The notes beneath the pieces are model-generated. The model was not told the origin of the DNA, did not search any database, and worked only from the letters and a program-made list of their open reading frames with translations. A program made the translations under genes and the position numbers. Shown here piece by piece: positions 12,003 through 24,300 of a stretch of DNA of 64,000 nucleotides. Positions within the stretch are counted from its first letter, which is position 1; the number at the start of each line of letters is the position of its first letter. The DNA is from Macrostomum lignano (lineage: Eukaryota). The DNA lies in assembly GCA_002269645.1 (NCBI GenBank), contig NIVC01000869.1, positions 124,001 to 188,000 of the forward strand. The letters are read 5' to 3'.

Positions 12003-12630
12003 GGGTTCTGATAGCACATGGATAAAACTCGTTCTTCCAGGCTACATTCTCCCGCTAGAATCTTGAGGTTTTACAGATCCTATTCACAGGACATTGGCAT
12101 TAACCAGCTAAAGGTGGGTTTATCTTCAGGTTGCAAATGTCTTCAGGCTTCAAACCTCCGCACACCTCAGGCAGTGAAACACAAAGTTAGCCCACTGATT
12201 TACAAAAATGTCAAGCAAAATGCAGAGCAGAAGGCCGCCAGAGGAGAGACGCGGATACAGTGAGAAGGTGCAGCAAATCTTCACTTATGCCGAAAGGGAA
12301 GCCATGTGCTCACTCAGCACTGGAGCGATGCAAAATGACAAGATTCGAAAGCGAAATGGCAAAATCAGCAACCGATTAACAGGCGAGTTAAAAATGGTTT
12401 TATAATATAAGATTGTCAAATGCTCGCGCAGCTCAACTGATTGAAGCAATAAAGCAATATGCAACTGACTAGAACAACAACCGTGAGGCGGCGGCTTCAA
12501 AGTGCCAATAAAAATTAAAGGAAACAACTGTCTGCTTTGGGAGTGAGGATTCAGAACGAACATCAGCAGATCTTTTTATATAGCAATAAACAAAATTGCG
12601 TAAACAAAGTCTTTAAAAAGATATTTGTAG

Positions 12631-13293
12631 TCCAATCTACAGCAAGATTATTCCAATCTACAGCAAGATTATTCCAATCTACAGCAAGATTATTCCAACC
12701 TACAGCAAGATTATTCCAATCTACAGCAAGATTATTCCAATCTATAGCAAGATTATTCCAACCTACAGCAAGATTATTCCAATCTACAGCAAGATTATTC
12801 CAATCTACAGCAAGATTATTCCAATCTATAGCAAGATTATTCCAACCTACAGCAAGATTATTCCAATCTACAGCAAGATTATTCCAATCTACAGCAAGAT
12901 TATTCCAATCTACAGCAAGATTATTCCAACCTACGGCAAGATTATTCCAATCTACAGCAAGATTATTCCAATCTACAGCAAGATTATTCCAACCTACAGC
13001 AAGATTATTCCAATCTATAGCAAGATTATTCCAACCTACAGCAAGATTATTCCAATCTACAGCAAGATTATTCCAATCTATAGCAAGATTATTCCAACCT
13101 ACAGCAAGATTATTCCAATCTACAGCAAGATTATTCCAATCTACAGCAAGATTATTCCAATCTACAGCAAGATTATTCCAACCTACAGCAAGATTATTCC
13201 AATCTACAGCAAGATTATTCCAATCTATAGCAAGATTATTCCAACCTACAGCAAGATTATTCCAATCTACAGCAAGATTATTCCAATCTACAG
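12631..13293. repeat. 21-bp minisatellite, about 31 copies, just 3' of the DLGAP stop codon
   Basis: Unit CAATCTACAGCAAGATTATTC. Confidence 0.97.
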
Positions 13294-13299
13294 GCAGAT

Positions 13300-14847
13300 T
13301 CATGCAAAGATTTGGACGCCCTCGGCCCCTTTAGCCTCAGCTGCATGGCTGGGTGCCGCGGAATCTTCCGCGTGCTGCAGCCGCTGCCTGCCTCGCCGCT
13401 TCAGCTCAGCGAGACGCTCTCGACGCTGACGCTCCGCCAAGGCTGGCTGCTTCGCCGGCTGCTGCTGTCGCTGCTGCTGTCTGGCCGGAGCTCTGGACGG
13501 CTTTCGCTTCTGCAGCGGCTCCCGTGGCTGCTGCGGTGCCGGAGGCGAAGGCGGCGCTGGCGGCACCCGCCGGAACTGGCAGTCGCGGATCTGCCTGCAC
13601 GTGGCCAGCATCCGCCCGATGTCCTGCAGCTGCAGGCAGCAGATGGCCCAGAAGCCGTTCAGGTCGCAGTACTGGGTGACCCCGTTGGCCATGTTGTCCT
13701 CGCAGAGGCCGCGGAACTGCGCGAGCTTCTCGGTGAGCAGCAGGCGGGCCTTGCCGGCCGACACCCGGAGAATCCCCGACACTGCAGTGACACAGGATCA
13801 GTGACTCACCTCCTCAGACAGGGAATCAGTGACTCACCTCCTCAGACAGGGCATCAGTGACTCACCTCCTCAGACAGGGAATCAGTGACTCACCTCCTCA
13901 GACAGGGGATCAGTGACTCACCTCCTCAGACAGGGGATCAGTGACTCACCTCCTCAGACAGGGAATCAGTGACTCACCTCCTCAGACAGGGAATCAGTGA
14001 CTCACCTCCTCAGACAGGGAATCAGTGACTCACCTCCTCAGACAGGGAATCGGTGACTCACCTCCTCAGACAGGGAATCAGTGACTCACCTTCTCAGACA
14101 GGGAATCAGTGACTCACCTCCTCAGACAGGGGATCAGTGACTCACCTCCTTAGACAGGGAATCAGTGACTCACCTCCTCAGACAGGGAATTAGTGACTCA
14201 CCCTCCTCAGACAGGCCCAGGGACTCACCCTCCTCAGACAGGCCCAGGGACTCACCCTCCTCAGACAGGCCCAAGGACTCACCCTCCTCAGACAGGCCCA
14301 GGGACTCACCCTCCTCAGACAGGCCCAGGGACTCACCCTCCTCAGACAGGCCCAGGGACTCACCCTCCTCAGACAGGCCCAAGGACTCACCCTCCTCAGA
14401 CAGGCCCAGGGACTCACCCTCCTCAGACAGGCCCAGGGACTCACCCTCCTCAGACAGGCCCAAGGACTCATCATCCAGGCAGGCCTCAATCCAGTCGGTG
14501 TCGGCGCGGATCCGCTGCTCCTCCCGCTCGGCCAGCAGCAGGAAGTAGCGCCCGGCGCTGGACGCTCCGCCATCGGCGGCGGTGTCGTCGGAGGCGGCCC
14601 CGGCGGCGGCCACTGACGATGAGGCCTCCAGGCAGAGGGAGCGGGTCATGCCGGCCGCCAGCACCTGGGCGCTGCGCAGGGCGGCGCTGATCATGATGAG
14701 CGAGGACCGCTCCGTCGGCGATGTGGCTGCCGCGGTCGCCCCAGTGGAGTCTCGGCTGGCCGCCGCGCCGGCCACCGACGCCTTTGCCGCCGCAGCAGCC
14801 TTTAATGAACGGACAGCCTCGGCACTGGCGTCAGAGCGGCTTCTGGC
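13300..14847 (-). CDS. DLGAP: GKAP/SAPAP (DLGAP-family) protein, C-terminal GKAP homology domain exons
   Basis: Exons 14847-14445 (YFLLLAEREEQRIRADTDWIEACLDDESLGLSEE, phase-1 donor G|GTGAGT) and 13781-13300 (V-SGILRVSAGKARLLLTEKLAQFRGLCEDN...DLNGFW...RERLAELKRR...VQIFA stop). Matches the GKAP-domain pattern LSEEV.G..R.A.GKA.LL..KF.QF.GLC...DL.GFW. Family-level symbol only. Confidence 0.88.
13798..14194. repeat. 28-bp minisatellite, about 14 copies, each with GAG|GTGAGT on the DLGAP sense strand
   Basis: Plus-strand unit GTGACTCACCTCCTCAGACAGGGAATCA. Confidence 0.95.
14195..14465. repeat. 27-bp minisatellite, 10 copies, spanning the DLGAP exon end and splice donor
   Basis: Plus-strand unit GACTCACCCTCCTCAGACAGGCCCAGG; translates GESLGLSEE in the coding frame. 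Confidence 0.97.
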
Positions 14848-14888
14848 CTGAGAGACGGCAGTGGAGGTGGAGAAGAAGATTGCCTTCA

Positions 14889-15264
14889 GATTGCACACCA
14901 TCAGGTTGCACACCATCAGGTTGCACACCATCAGGTTGCACACCATCAGGTTGCACATCATCAGGTTGCACACCATCAGGTTGCACACCATCAGGTTGCA
15001 CATCATCAGGGTGCACATCATCAGGTTGCACACCATCAGGTTGCACACCATCAGGTTGCACACCATCAGGTTGCACACCATCAGGTTGCACATCATCAGG
15101 TTGCACACCATCAGGTTGCACATCATCAGGTTGCACACCATCAGGTTGCACATCATCAGGTTGCACACCATCAGGTTGCACATCATCAGGTTGCACACCA
15201 TCAGGTTGCACATCATCAGGGTGCACACCATCAGGTTGCACACCATCAGGTTGCACACCATCAG
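14889..15264. repeat. 15-bp minisatellite, about 25 copies (DLGAP intron)
   Basis: Unit TTGCACAYCATCAGG. Confidence 0.97.
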
Positions 15265-15386
15265 GAAGTTTCTTCAATATAATTATTTTTATGATACTTC
15301 GCTCCTATGTATCATACCATATCTGCATGGTAACTATTCGAGTTTGAGTAGCCCTAGCCCATAGCCGCTCGAATCCGCACACCAAC

Positions 15387-18300
15387 CTTCCTAGCGGCCA
15401 GCGATCGCTTCTGGCCGTTGAGTTTCCTGGCGGCGTTGGCGCCGCCGCTCCTGAGCGCAACCGGGGCGCCGGCCTCTTCGGCGTCGGCAGTCGCGCTGGG
15501 GCTGGCGATGCCGTCGGAGTCTTCGGCGGGACCCGTTGGCTGGGCGGCAACTGGGGAGCTGGCGGCTGCTGCGGAGTTTGGGGCATGGGAAGGGTGCTCT
15601 GGATTGGCTGCGGCGGCATAAACTACTGTGAGTAGCCACCGAATTTCACACTGTAAAAAGCATTGAAAGTCGAATTATCCTCTTTACAGACAATGCGTAC
15701 CAGATCTGATACACATACAAGGGTCCAAAATCTCACCCCATGAGATAGGGGATTCTAAACTCTCACCCTGTGAGATAGGGGATTCTAAACTCTCACCCCG
15801 TAGGATAGGAGATTCTAAAATCTCTCTCCAGGAGATATGAGATTCTAAACTCTCACCCCACGAGATAGGAGATTCTAAACTCTCACCCCGTGAGATAGGA
15901 GATTCTAAACTCTCACCCCACGAGATAGGAGATTCTAAACTCTTACCCCACGAGATAGGAGATTCTAAACTCTCACCCCATGAGATAGGAGATTCTTAAC
16001 TCTCACCCCACGAGATAGGAGATTCTAAACTCTCACCCCGTGAGATAGGAGATTCTAAACTCCCACCCCGCGAGATAGGAGATTCTAAACTCTCACCCCG
16101 TGAGATAGGAGATTCTAAACTCTCACCCCGTGGGATAGGAGATTCTAAACTCTCACCCCGTGAAATAGGAGATTCTAAACCCTCACCCCTCACATAGGAT
16201 AGACCAGAATTCTCGAACTACGGAACCCCAAAACCCAGCTTCATTCTCCACCTGGCTCAGCCGCTGGAGCAGCTCTGGCGCTGGCGCAGCTGCGGACGTC
16301 GAGACGGCGCTGGCGCTCGAGTTGGGCGCCGCGGCCGTGACAGAGGCGCCAGAAAAACCGGCCAGGCGTTTCGGCAAGCTGCTCTCGGCGAAGGTCACCA
16401 CTTGAGAGCTCGGCGGTGGCGCACGAGTGCCAAGGCGGTTGCCGGCTTCGCCTCCAGCGCCGAGGTCGGGATGGTCAGGCCTGGCTGCTGGGATCTCTGC
16501 TGCAGCTGGAGGGTTGAAGATTGGCGGCAAAGACTCCGTGTGATGATGGGACTTCCAGACTGAAATTTTCAAATTCACTGACAACAGCAGTAGCAACACA
16601 GACTGAAATTTTCAAATTCACTGACAACAGCAGTAGCAACACAGACTGAAATTTCAAATTCACTGACAACAGCAGTAGCAACACAGACTGAAATTTCAAA
16701 TTCACTGACAACAGCAGTAGCAACACAGACTGAAATTTCAAATTCACTGACAACAGCAGTACCAACACAGACTGAAAATTTCAAATTCACTGACAACAGC
16801 AGTACCAACACAGACTGAAATTTTCAAATTCACTGACAACAGCAGTAGCAACACAGACTGAAATTTCAAATTCACTGACAACAGCAGTACCAACACAGAC
16901 TGAAAATTTCAAATTCACTGACAACAGCAGTACCAACACAGACTGAAATTTTCAAATTCACTGACAACAGCAGTACCAACACAGACTGAAATTTCAAATT
17001 CACTGACAACAGCAGTACCAACACAGACTGAAATTTTCAAATTCACTGACAACAGCAGTACCAACACAGACTGAAATTTTCAAATTCACTGACAACAGCA
17101 GCCTCACATCCAGCAGGCCTCCGAGCAGCTCCAGACACTGGCTAGACCCCATCGGGGCTGGCCGCCAGTGCTGGACTGTCAGGCGTGGGGTGGAAGGTCC
17201 GTTGGCCACGGACACGAAAGCTGGAATTCCGGCCCCTCTGCTGGGGTTGACCCTGGTGGACCTGGTGGCAGGCTCACCGACATGCCCTCTGCACACTCAC
17301 GCGGCGACGCGGTGGTGCAAGGCCCCTGTCCTATGGTGAGCGGGGCATTGACGGCTGGCTGTGCCATGTTGCAGTCAGACCGTTCCCGTAGGCCCATTGA
17401 CCAGGTGACCCAGCGGGGCCGGCATCAACAACAACAACAACAACTGACAACAGCAGTACCAACACAGACTGAAAAGTGCTCTGACACTGCCCGCCTACTC
17501 AATACAAATCTCAGGTCCCAGATGGAGCAAACAAGCAGGATTCCCTCACCGGGCTGCTGCGCCTCCAGCAGCTGAGGCTCGCCAATGTCGAACCGCCGCC
17601 GGCGCTTCGTCCGCCGCGGCAGCCGATTGAGAAACTTGCGAATGGCGGCCAGCGGTGCGGCTGCCGACGAGCTCGGAGCCGCCGGGGCTTCTACCGGGGC
17701 TTCCGCCGCCGTTGCCGCCGGGGTCTCTTCGGCACCGTCGAAGTCGGCCTTAGCCGGCGGCTGCTGCGAGCCGGCGGCGGCGGAGCGGGTCTTCATGCGG
17801 GCCAGCCGGCCCAGCAGGGACCGCGGCTTCTTGGCGGCGGTGGCAGCGGCTGGCGGTGGGACGGCGGCCGCCGGCTCGGCGGGGCAGTTGGCAGGGTTGG
17901 GGCGGACACCGTCGGGACTGCCCCGTCAAAGTCCTGCAGCTTCACTTTGAAGGCCTTGGGCGTGGCCAGGCTGTCGATGGTCCGCTTGGCCGTGCCGGTG
18001 GACAGGTCCGAGTGCAGCGACGTAGTCATGAGGGTGGAGGTTTCCATGGTAACGGGATGTGGCGGATTGAAAATCGCTTCGATGGACAGCGGCGGGTGCG
18101 GCGGCGAGCGAACCGACTCGTTGGACACCTATTTCAAGGTCGGTGTAGAAAAGTAAAAATACACTAACCAATTCAATATTTTGGTCTACTATTAGTAGTT
18201 TACGATTTCTGACAGCAAAATCTAGCGCATCGATTAGCAATAATAGCAGCGCTAGACCTGCAGCGTACGCGCAGATTAACCTAGAATAGGGAGCAACTGT

Positions 18301-21300
18301 TCCACTGCAATCAGGCCGCACCTGACACACCTGAAACTTGGCGTGCCGAGGAGTGTCAGGTGTCTCAGCAGCAGCGTGCGAGGCCAAGGCGGGCGGCGCA
18401 CAATCGATTAGGGGAGCGCGTGGGGAGCCTTCTTGGAAAGGGGATTTTTCACCCACTTTCTCTTTCCCAACTGATCACGGAAAGACACAGAAGCGGAAAT
18501 CAACACACCTTAAATTGACCCCTGAGTCGCCCACTAAGCAGAACCGCGAGGGAACAGAATTCGCCTTTCTAAGTTGAAGTAATACAGCGTTTGGAGTAGT
18601 TCAAGCCCTATTTTACGAGCAGCGAATGATAGGAGCGATGCTTGAGAATGGTTCAGGGGTGACTCTTGAGAAAGGTTCAGGGGTGACTCTTGAGAATGGT
18701 TCAGGGGTGACTCTTGAGAATGGTTTAGGGGTGACTCTTGAGAATGGGCGATGCTTGAGAATGGTTCAGGGGTGACTCTTGAGAATGGTTCAGGGGTGAC
18801 TCTTGAGAATGGTTCAGGGGTGACTCTTGAGAATGGTTCAGGGGTGACTCTTGAGAATGGTTCAGGGGTGACTCTTGAGAATGGTTCAGGGGTGACTCTT
18901 GAGAATGGTTTAGGGGTGACTCTTGAGAATGGGCGATGCTTGAGAATGGTTCAGGGGTGACTCTTGAGAATGGTTTAGGGGTGACTCTTGAGAATGGGCG
19001 ATGCTTGAGAATGGTTCAGGGGTGACTCTTGAGAATGGTTCAGGGGTGACTCTTGAGAATGGTTCAGGGGTGACTCTTGAGAATGGTTCAGGGGTGACTC
19101 TTGAGAATGTTTCAGGGGTGACTCTTGAGAATGGGCGATGCTTGAGAATGGTTTAGGGGTGACTCTTGAGAATGCGCGATGCTTGAGAATGGTTTAGGGG
19201 TGACTCTTGAGAATGCGCGATGCTTGAGAATGGTTTAGGGGTGACTCTTGAGAATGGTTTAGGGGTGACTCTTGAGAATGGTTCAGGGGTGACTCTTGAG
19301 AATGGTTCAGGGGTGACTCTTGAGAATGGTTCAGGGGTGACTCTTGAGAATGGTTTAGGGGTGACTCTTGAGAATGGTTCAGGGGTGACTCTTGAGAATG
19401 GTTCAGGGGTGACTCTTGAGAATGGTTTAGGGGTGACTCTTGAGAATGGTTTAGGGGTGACTCTTGAGAATGGTTCAGGGGTGACTCTTGAGAATGGTTT
19501 AGGGGTGACTCTTGAGAATGGTTCAGGGGTGACTCTTGAGAATGGTTCAGGGGTGACTCTTGAGAATGGTTTAGGGGTGACTCTTGAGAATGGTTTAGGG
19601 GTGACTCTTGAGAATGGTTTAGGGGTGACTCTTGAGAATGGGCGATGCTTGAGAATGGTTTAGGGGCGACTCTTGAGAATGGTTTAGGGGCGACTCTTGA
19701 GAATGGTTCAGGGGCGACTCTTGAGAATGGTTTAGGGGTGACTCTTGAGAATGGGCGATGCTTGAGAATGGTTTAGGGGCGACTCTTGAGAATGGTTTAG
19801 GGGTGACTCTTGAGAATGGTTCAGGGGCGACTCTTGAGAATGGTTTAGGGGTGACTCTTGAGAATGGGCGATGCTTGAGAATGGTTTAGGGGTGACTCTT
19901 GAGAATGGGCGATGCTTGAGAATGGTTTAGGGGTGACTCTTGAGAATGGTTTAGGGGCGACTCTTGAGAATGGTTTAGGGGTGACTCTTGAGAATGGTTC
20001 AGGGGTGACTCTTGAGAATGGTTCAGGGGTGACTCTTGAGAATGGTTCAGGGGTGACTCTTGAGAATGGTTCAGGGGTGACTCTTGAGAATGGTTCAGGG
20101 GTGACTCTTGAGAAAGGTTTAGGGGTGACTTTTGAGAATGTTTCAGGGGTGACTCTTGAGAATGGGCGATGCTTGAGAATGGTTTAGGGGCGACTCTTGA
20201 GAATGGTTCAGGGGTGACTCTTGAGAATGGTTTAGGGGTGACTCTTGAGAATGGGCGATGCTTGAGAATGGTTTAGGGGCGACTCTTGAGAATGGTTTAG
20301 GGGCGACTCTTGAGAATGGTTCAGGGGCGACTCTTGAGAATGGTTTAGGGGTGACTCTTGAGAATGGTTTAGGGGTGACTCTTGAGAATGGGCGATGCTT
20401 GAGAATGGTTTAGGGGCGACTCTTGAGAATGGTTCAGGGGTGACTCTTGAGAATGGTTCAGGGGCGACTCTTGAGAATGGTTCAGGGGTGACTCTTGAGA
20501 ATGGTTTAGGGGTGACTCTTGAGAATGGGCGATGCTTGAGAATGGTTTAGGGGCGACTCTTGAGAATGGTTTAGGGGTGACTCTTGAGAATGGTTCAGGG
20601 GCGACTCTTGAGAATGGTTCAGGGGTGACTCTTGAGAATGGTTCAGGGGTGACTCTTGAGAATGGTTTAGGGGTGACTCTTGAGAATGGTTCAGGGGTGA
20701 CTCTTGAGAATGGTTCAGGGGTGACTCTTGAGAATGGTTCAGGGGTGACTCTTGAGAATGGTTCAGGGGTGACTCTTGAGAATGGTTTAGGGGTGACTCT
20801 TGAGAATGGGCGATGCTTGAGAATGGTTCAGGGGTGACTCTTGAGAATGGTTTAGGGGTGACTCTTGAGAATGGGCGATGCTTGAGAATGGTTCAGGGGT
20901 GACTCTTGAGAATGGTTCAGGGGTAACTCTTGAGAATGGTTCAGGGGTGACTCTTGAGAATGGTTCAGGGGTGACTCTTGAGAATGGTTTAGGGGTGACT
21001 CTTGAGAATGGGCGATGCTTGAGAATGGTTCAGGGGTGACTCTTGAGAATGGTTTAGGGGTGACTCTTGAGAATGGGCGATGCTTGAGAATGGTTCAGGG
21101 GTGACTCTTGAGAATGGTTTAGGGGTGACTCTTGAGAATGGTTCAGGGGTGACTCTTGAGAATGGTTCAGGGGTGACTCTTGAGAATGGTTCAGGGGTGA
21201 CTCTTGAGAATGGTTCAGGGGTGACTCTTGAGAATGGTTTAGGGGTGACTCTTGAGAATGGGCAGGGTGACTCTTGAGAATGGTTCAGGGGTGACTCTTG

Positions 21301-24300
21301 AGAATGGTTTAGGGGTGACTCTTGAGAATGGTTCAGGGGTGACTCTTGAGAATGGTTCAGGGGTGACTCTTGAGAATGGTTCAGGGGTGACTCTTGAGAA
21401 TGGTTCAGGGGTGACTCTTGAGAATGGTTTCAGGGGTGACTCTTGAGAATGGGGGGTGACTCTTGAGAATGGTTTAGGGGTGACTCTTGAGAATGGGCGA
21501 TGCTTGAGAATGGTTTAGGGGTGACTCTTGAGAATGGGCGATGCTTGAGAATGGTTTAGGGGTGACTCTTGAGAATGGTTTAGGGGTGACTCTTGAGAAT
21601 GGTTCAGGGGTGACTCTTGAGAATGGTTCAGACTCTTGAGAATGGTTCAGGGGTGACTCTTGAGAATGGTTCAGGGGTGACTCTTGAGAATGGTTTAGGG
21701 GTGACTCTTGAGAATGGTTCAGGGGTGACTCTTGAGAATGGTTTAGGGGTGACTCTTGAGAATGGTTTAGGGGTGACTCTTGAGAATGGTTCAGGGGTGA
21801 CTCTTGAGAATGGTTCAGGGGTGACTCTTGAGAATGGTTTAGGGGTGACTCTTGAGAATGGTTCAGGGGTGACTCTTGAGAATGGTTTAGGGGTGACTCT
21901 TGAGAATGGTTTAGGGGTGACTCTTGAGAATGGTTTAGGGGTGACTCTTGAGAATGGTTTAGGGGTGACTCTTGAGAATGGTTTAGGGATGCTCTTGAGA
22001 ATGGTTTAGGGGCGACTCTTGAGAATGGTTTAGGGGCGACTCTTGAGAATGGTTCAGGGGCGACTCTTGAGAATGGTTTAGGGGTGACTCTTGAGAATGG
22101 GGATGCTTGAGAATGGTTTAGGGGCTCTTGAGAATGGTTTAGGGGTGACTCTTGAGAATGGTTCAGGGGCGACTCTTGAGAATGGTTTAGGGGTGACTCT
22201 TGAGAATGGTTTAGGGGTGACTCTTGAGAATGGGCGATGCTTGAGAATGGTTTAGGGGTGACTCTTGAGAATGGGCGATGCTTGAGAATGGTTTAGGGGT
22301 GACTCTTGAGAATGGTTTAGGGGCGACTCTTGAGAATGGTTTAGGGGTGACTCTTGAGAATGGTTCAGGGGTGACTCTTGAGAATGGTTCAGGGGTGACT
22401 CTTGAGAATGGTTCAGGGGTGACTCTTGAGAATGGTTCAGGGGTGACTCTTGAGAATGGTTCAGGGGTGACTCTTGAGAAAGGTTTAGGGGTGACTTTTG
22501 AGAATGTTTCAGGGGTGACTCTTGAGAATGGGCGATGCTTGAGAATGGTTTAGGGGCGACTCTTGAGAATGGTTCAGGGGTGACTCTTGAGAATGGTTTA
22601 GGGGTGACTCTTGAGAATGGGCGATGCTTGAGAATGGTTTAGGGGCGACTCTTGAGAATGGTTTAGGGGCGACTCTTGAGAATGGTTCAGGGGCGACTCT
22701 TGAGAATGGTTTAGGGGTGACTCTTGAGAATGGTTTAGGGGTGACTCTTGAGAATGGGCGATGCTTGAGAATGGTTTAGGGGCGACTCTTGAGAATGGTT
22801 CAGGGGTGACTCTTGAGAATGGTTCAGGGGCGACTCTTGAGAATGGTTCAGGGGTGACTCTTGAGAATGGTTTAGGGGTGACTCTTGAGAATGGGCGATG
22901 CTTGAGAATGGTTTAGGGGCGACTCTTGAGAATGGTTTAGGGGTGACTCTTGAGAATGGTTCAGGGGCGACTCTTGAGAATGGTTCAGGGGTGACTCTTG
23001 AGAATGGTTCAGGGGTGACTCTTGAGAATGGTTTAGGGGTGACTCTTGAGAATGGGCGATGCTTGAGAATGGTTCAGGGGCGACTCTTGAGAATGGTTTA
23101 GGGGTGACTCTTGAGAATGGTTCAGGGCGACTCTTGAGAATGGTTCAGGGGTGACTCTTGAGAATGGTTCAGGGGTGACTCTTGAGAATGGTTTAGGGGT
23201 GACTCTTGAGAATGGTTCAGGGGTGACTCTTGAGAATGGTTCAGGGGTGACTCTTGAGAATGGGCGATGCTTGAGAATGATTTAGGGGCGACTCTTGAGA
23301 ATGGTTTAGGGGCGACTCTTGAGAATGGTTCAGGGGTGACTCTTGAGAAAGGTTTAGGGGTGACTTTTGAGAATGTTTCAGGGGTGACTCTTGAGAATGG
23401 GCGATGCTTGAGAATGGTTCAGGGGTGACTCTTGAGAATGGTTCAGGGGTGACTCTTGAGAATGGTTTAGGGGTGACTCTTGAGAATGGGCGATGCTTGA
23501 GAATGGTTCAGGGGTGACTCTTGAGAATGGTTTAGGGGTGACTCTTGAGAATGGGCGATGCTTGAGAATGGTTCAGGGGTGACTCTTGAGAATGGTTCAG
23601 GGGTGACTCTTGAGAATGGTTCAGGGGTGACTCTTGAGAATGGTTCAGGGGTGACTCTTGAGAATGTTTCAGGGGTGACTCTTGAGAATGCGCGATGCTT
23701 GAGAATGGTTTAGGGGTGACTCTTGAGAATGGGCGATGCTTGAGAATGGTTTAGGGGTGACTCTTGAGAATGCGCGATGCTTGAGAATGGTTTAGGGGTG
23801 ACTCTTGAGAATGGTTTAGGGGTGACTCTTGAGAATGGTTCAGGGGTGACTCTTGAGAATGGTTCAGGGGTGACTCTTGAGAATGGTTCAGGGGTGACTC
23901 TTGAGAATGGTTTAGGGGTGACTCTTGAGAATGGTTCAGGGGTGACTCTTGAGAATGGTTCAGGGGTGACTCTTGAGAATGGTTTAGGGGTGACTCTTGA
24001 GAATGGTTTAGGGGTGACTCTTGAGAATGGTTCAGGGGTGACTCTTGAGAATGGTTTAGGGGTGACTCTTGAGAATGGTTCAGGGGTGACTCTTGAGAAT
24101 GGTTCAGGGGTGACTCTTGAGAATGGTTTAGGGGTGACTCTTGAGAATGGTTTAGGGGTGACTCTTGAGAATGGTTTAGGGGTGACTCTTGAGAATGGGC
24201 GATGCTTGAGAATGGTTTAGGGGCGACTCTTGAGAATGGTTTAGGGGCGACTCTTGAGAATGGTTCAGGGGCGACTCTTGAGAATGGTTTAGGGGTGACT

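Larger units (their letters stand above)
8340..12405 (+). pseudogene. Possible unrecognised spliced gene with multiple frame disruptions (pseudogene or error-rich assembly)
   Basis: GC-richer islands alternate with arrays and carry splice-like ends (CAG|GTCACA 8835/6, CGCAG| 9822, AATG|GTGAGT about 11507, TTCCAG| about 12040); AATAAA at 12448 and 12507. No recognisable family; several stops. Confidence 0.25.

Noticed and set aside
18320-18456. Possible alternative first DLGAP exon (MGEKSPFQ..., CAG|GTGTGT)
   Set aside because: The start codon is GTG with an upstream in-frame stop; no independent support.
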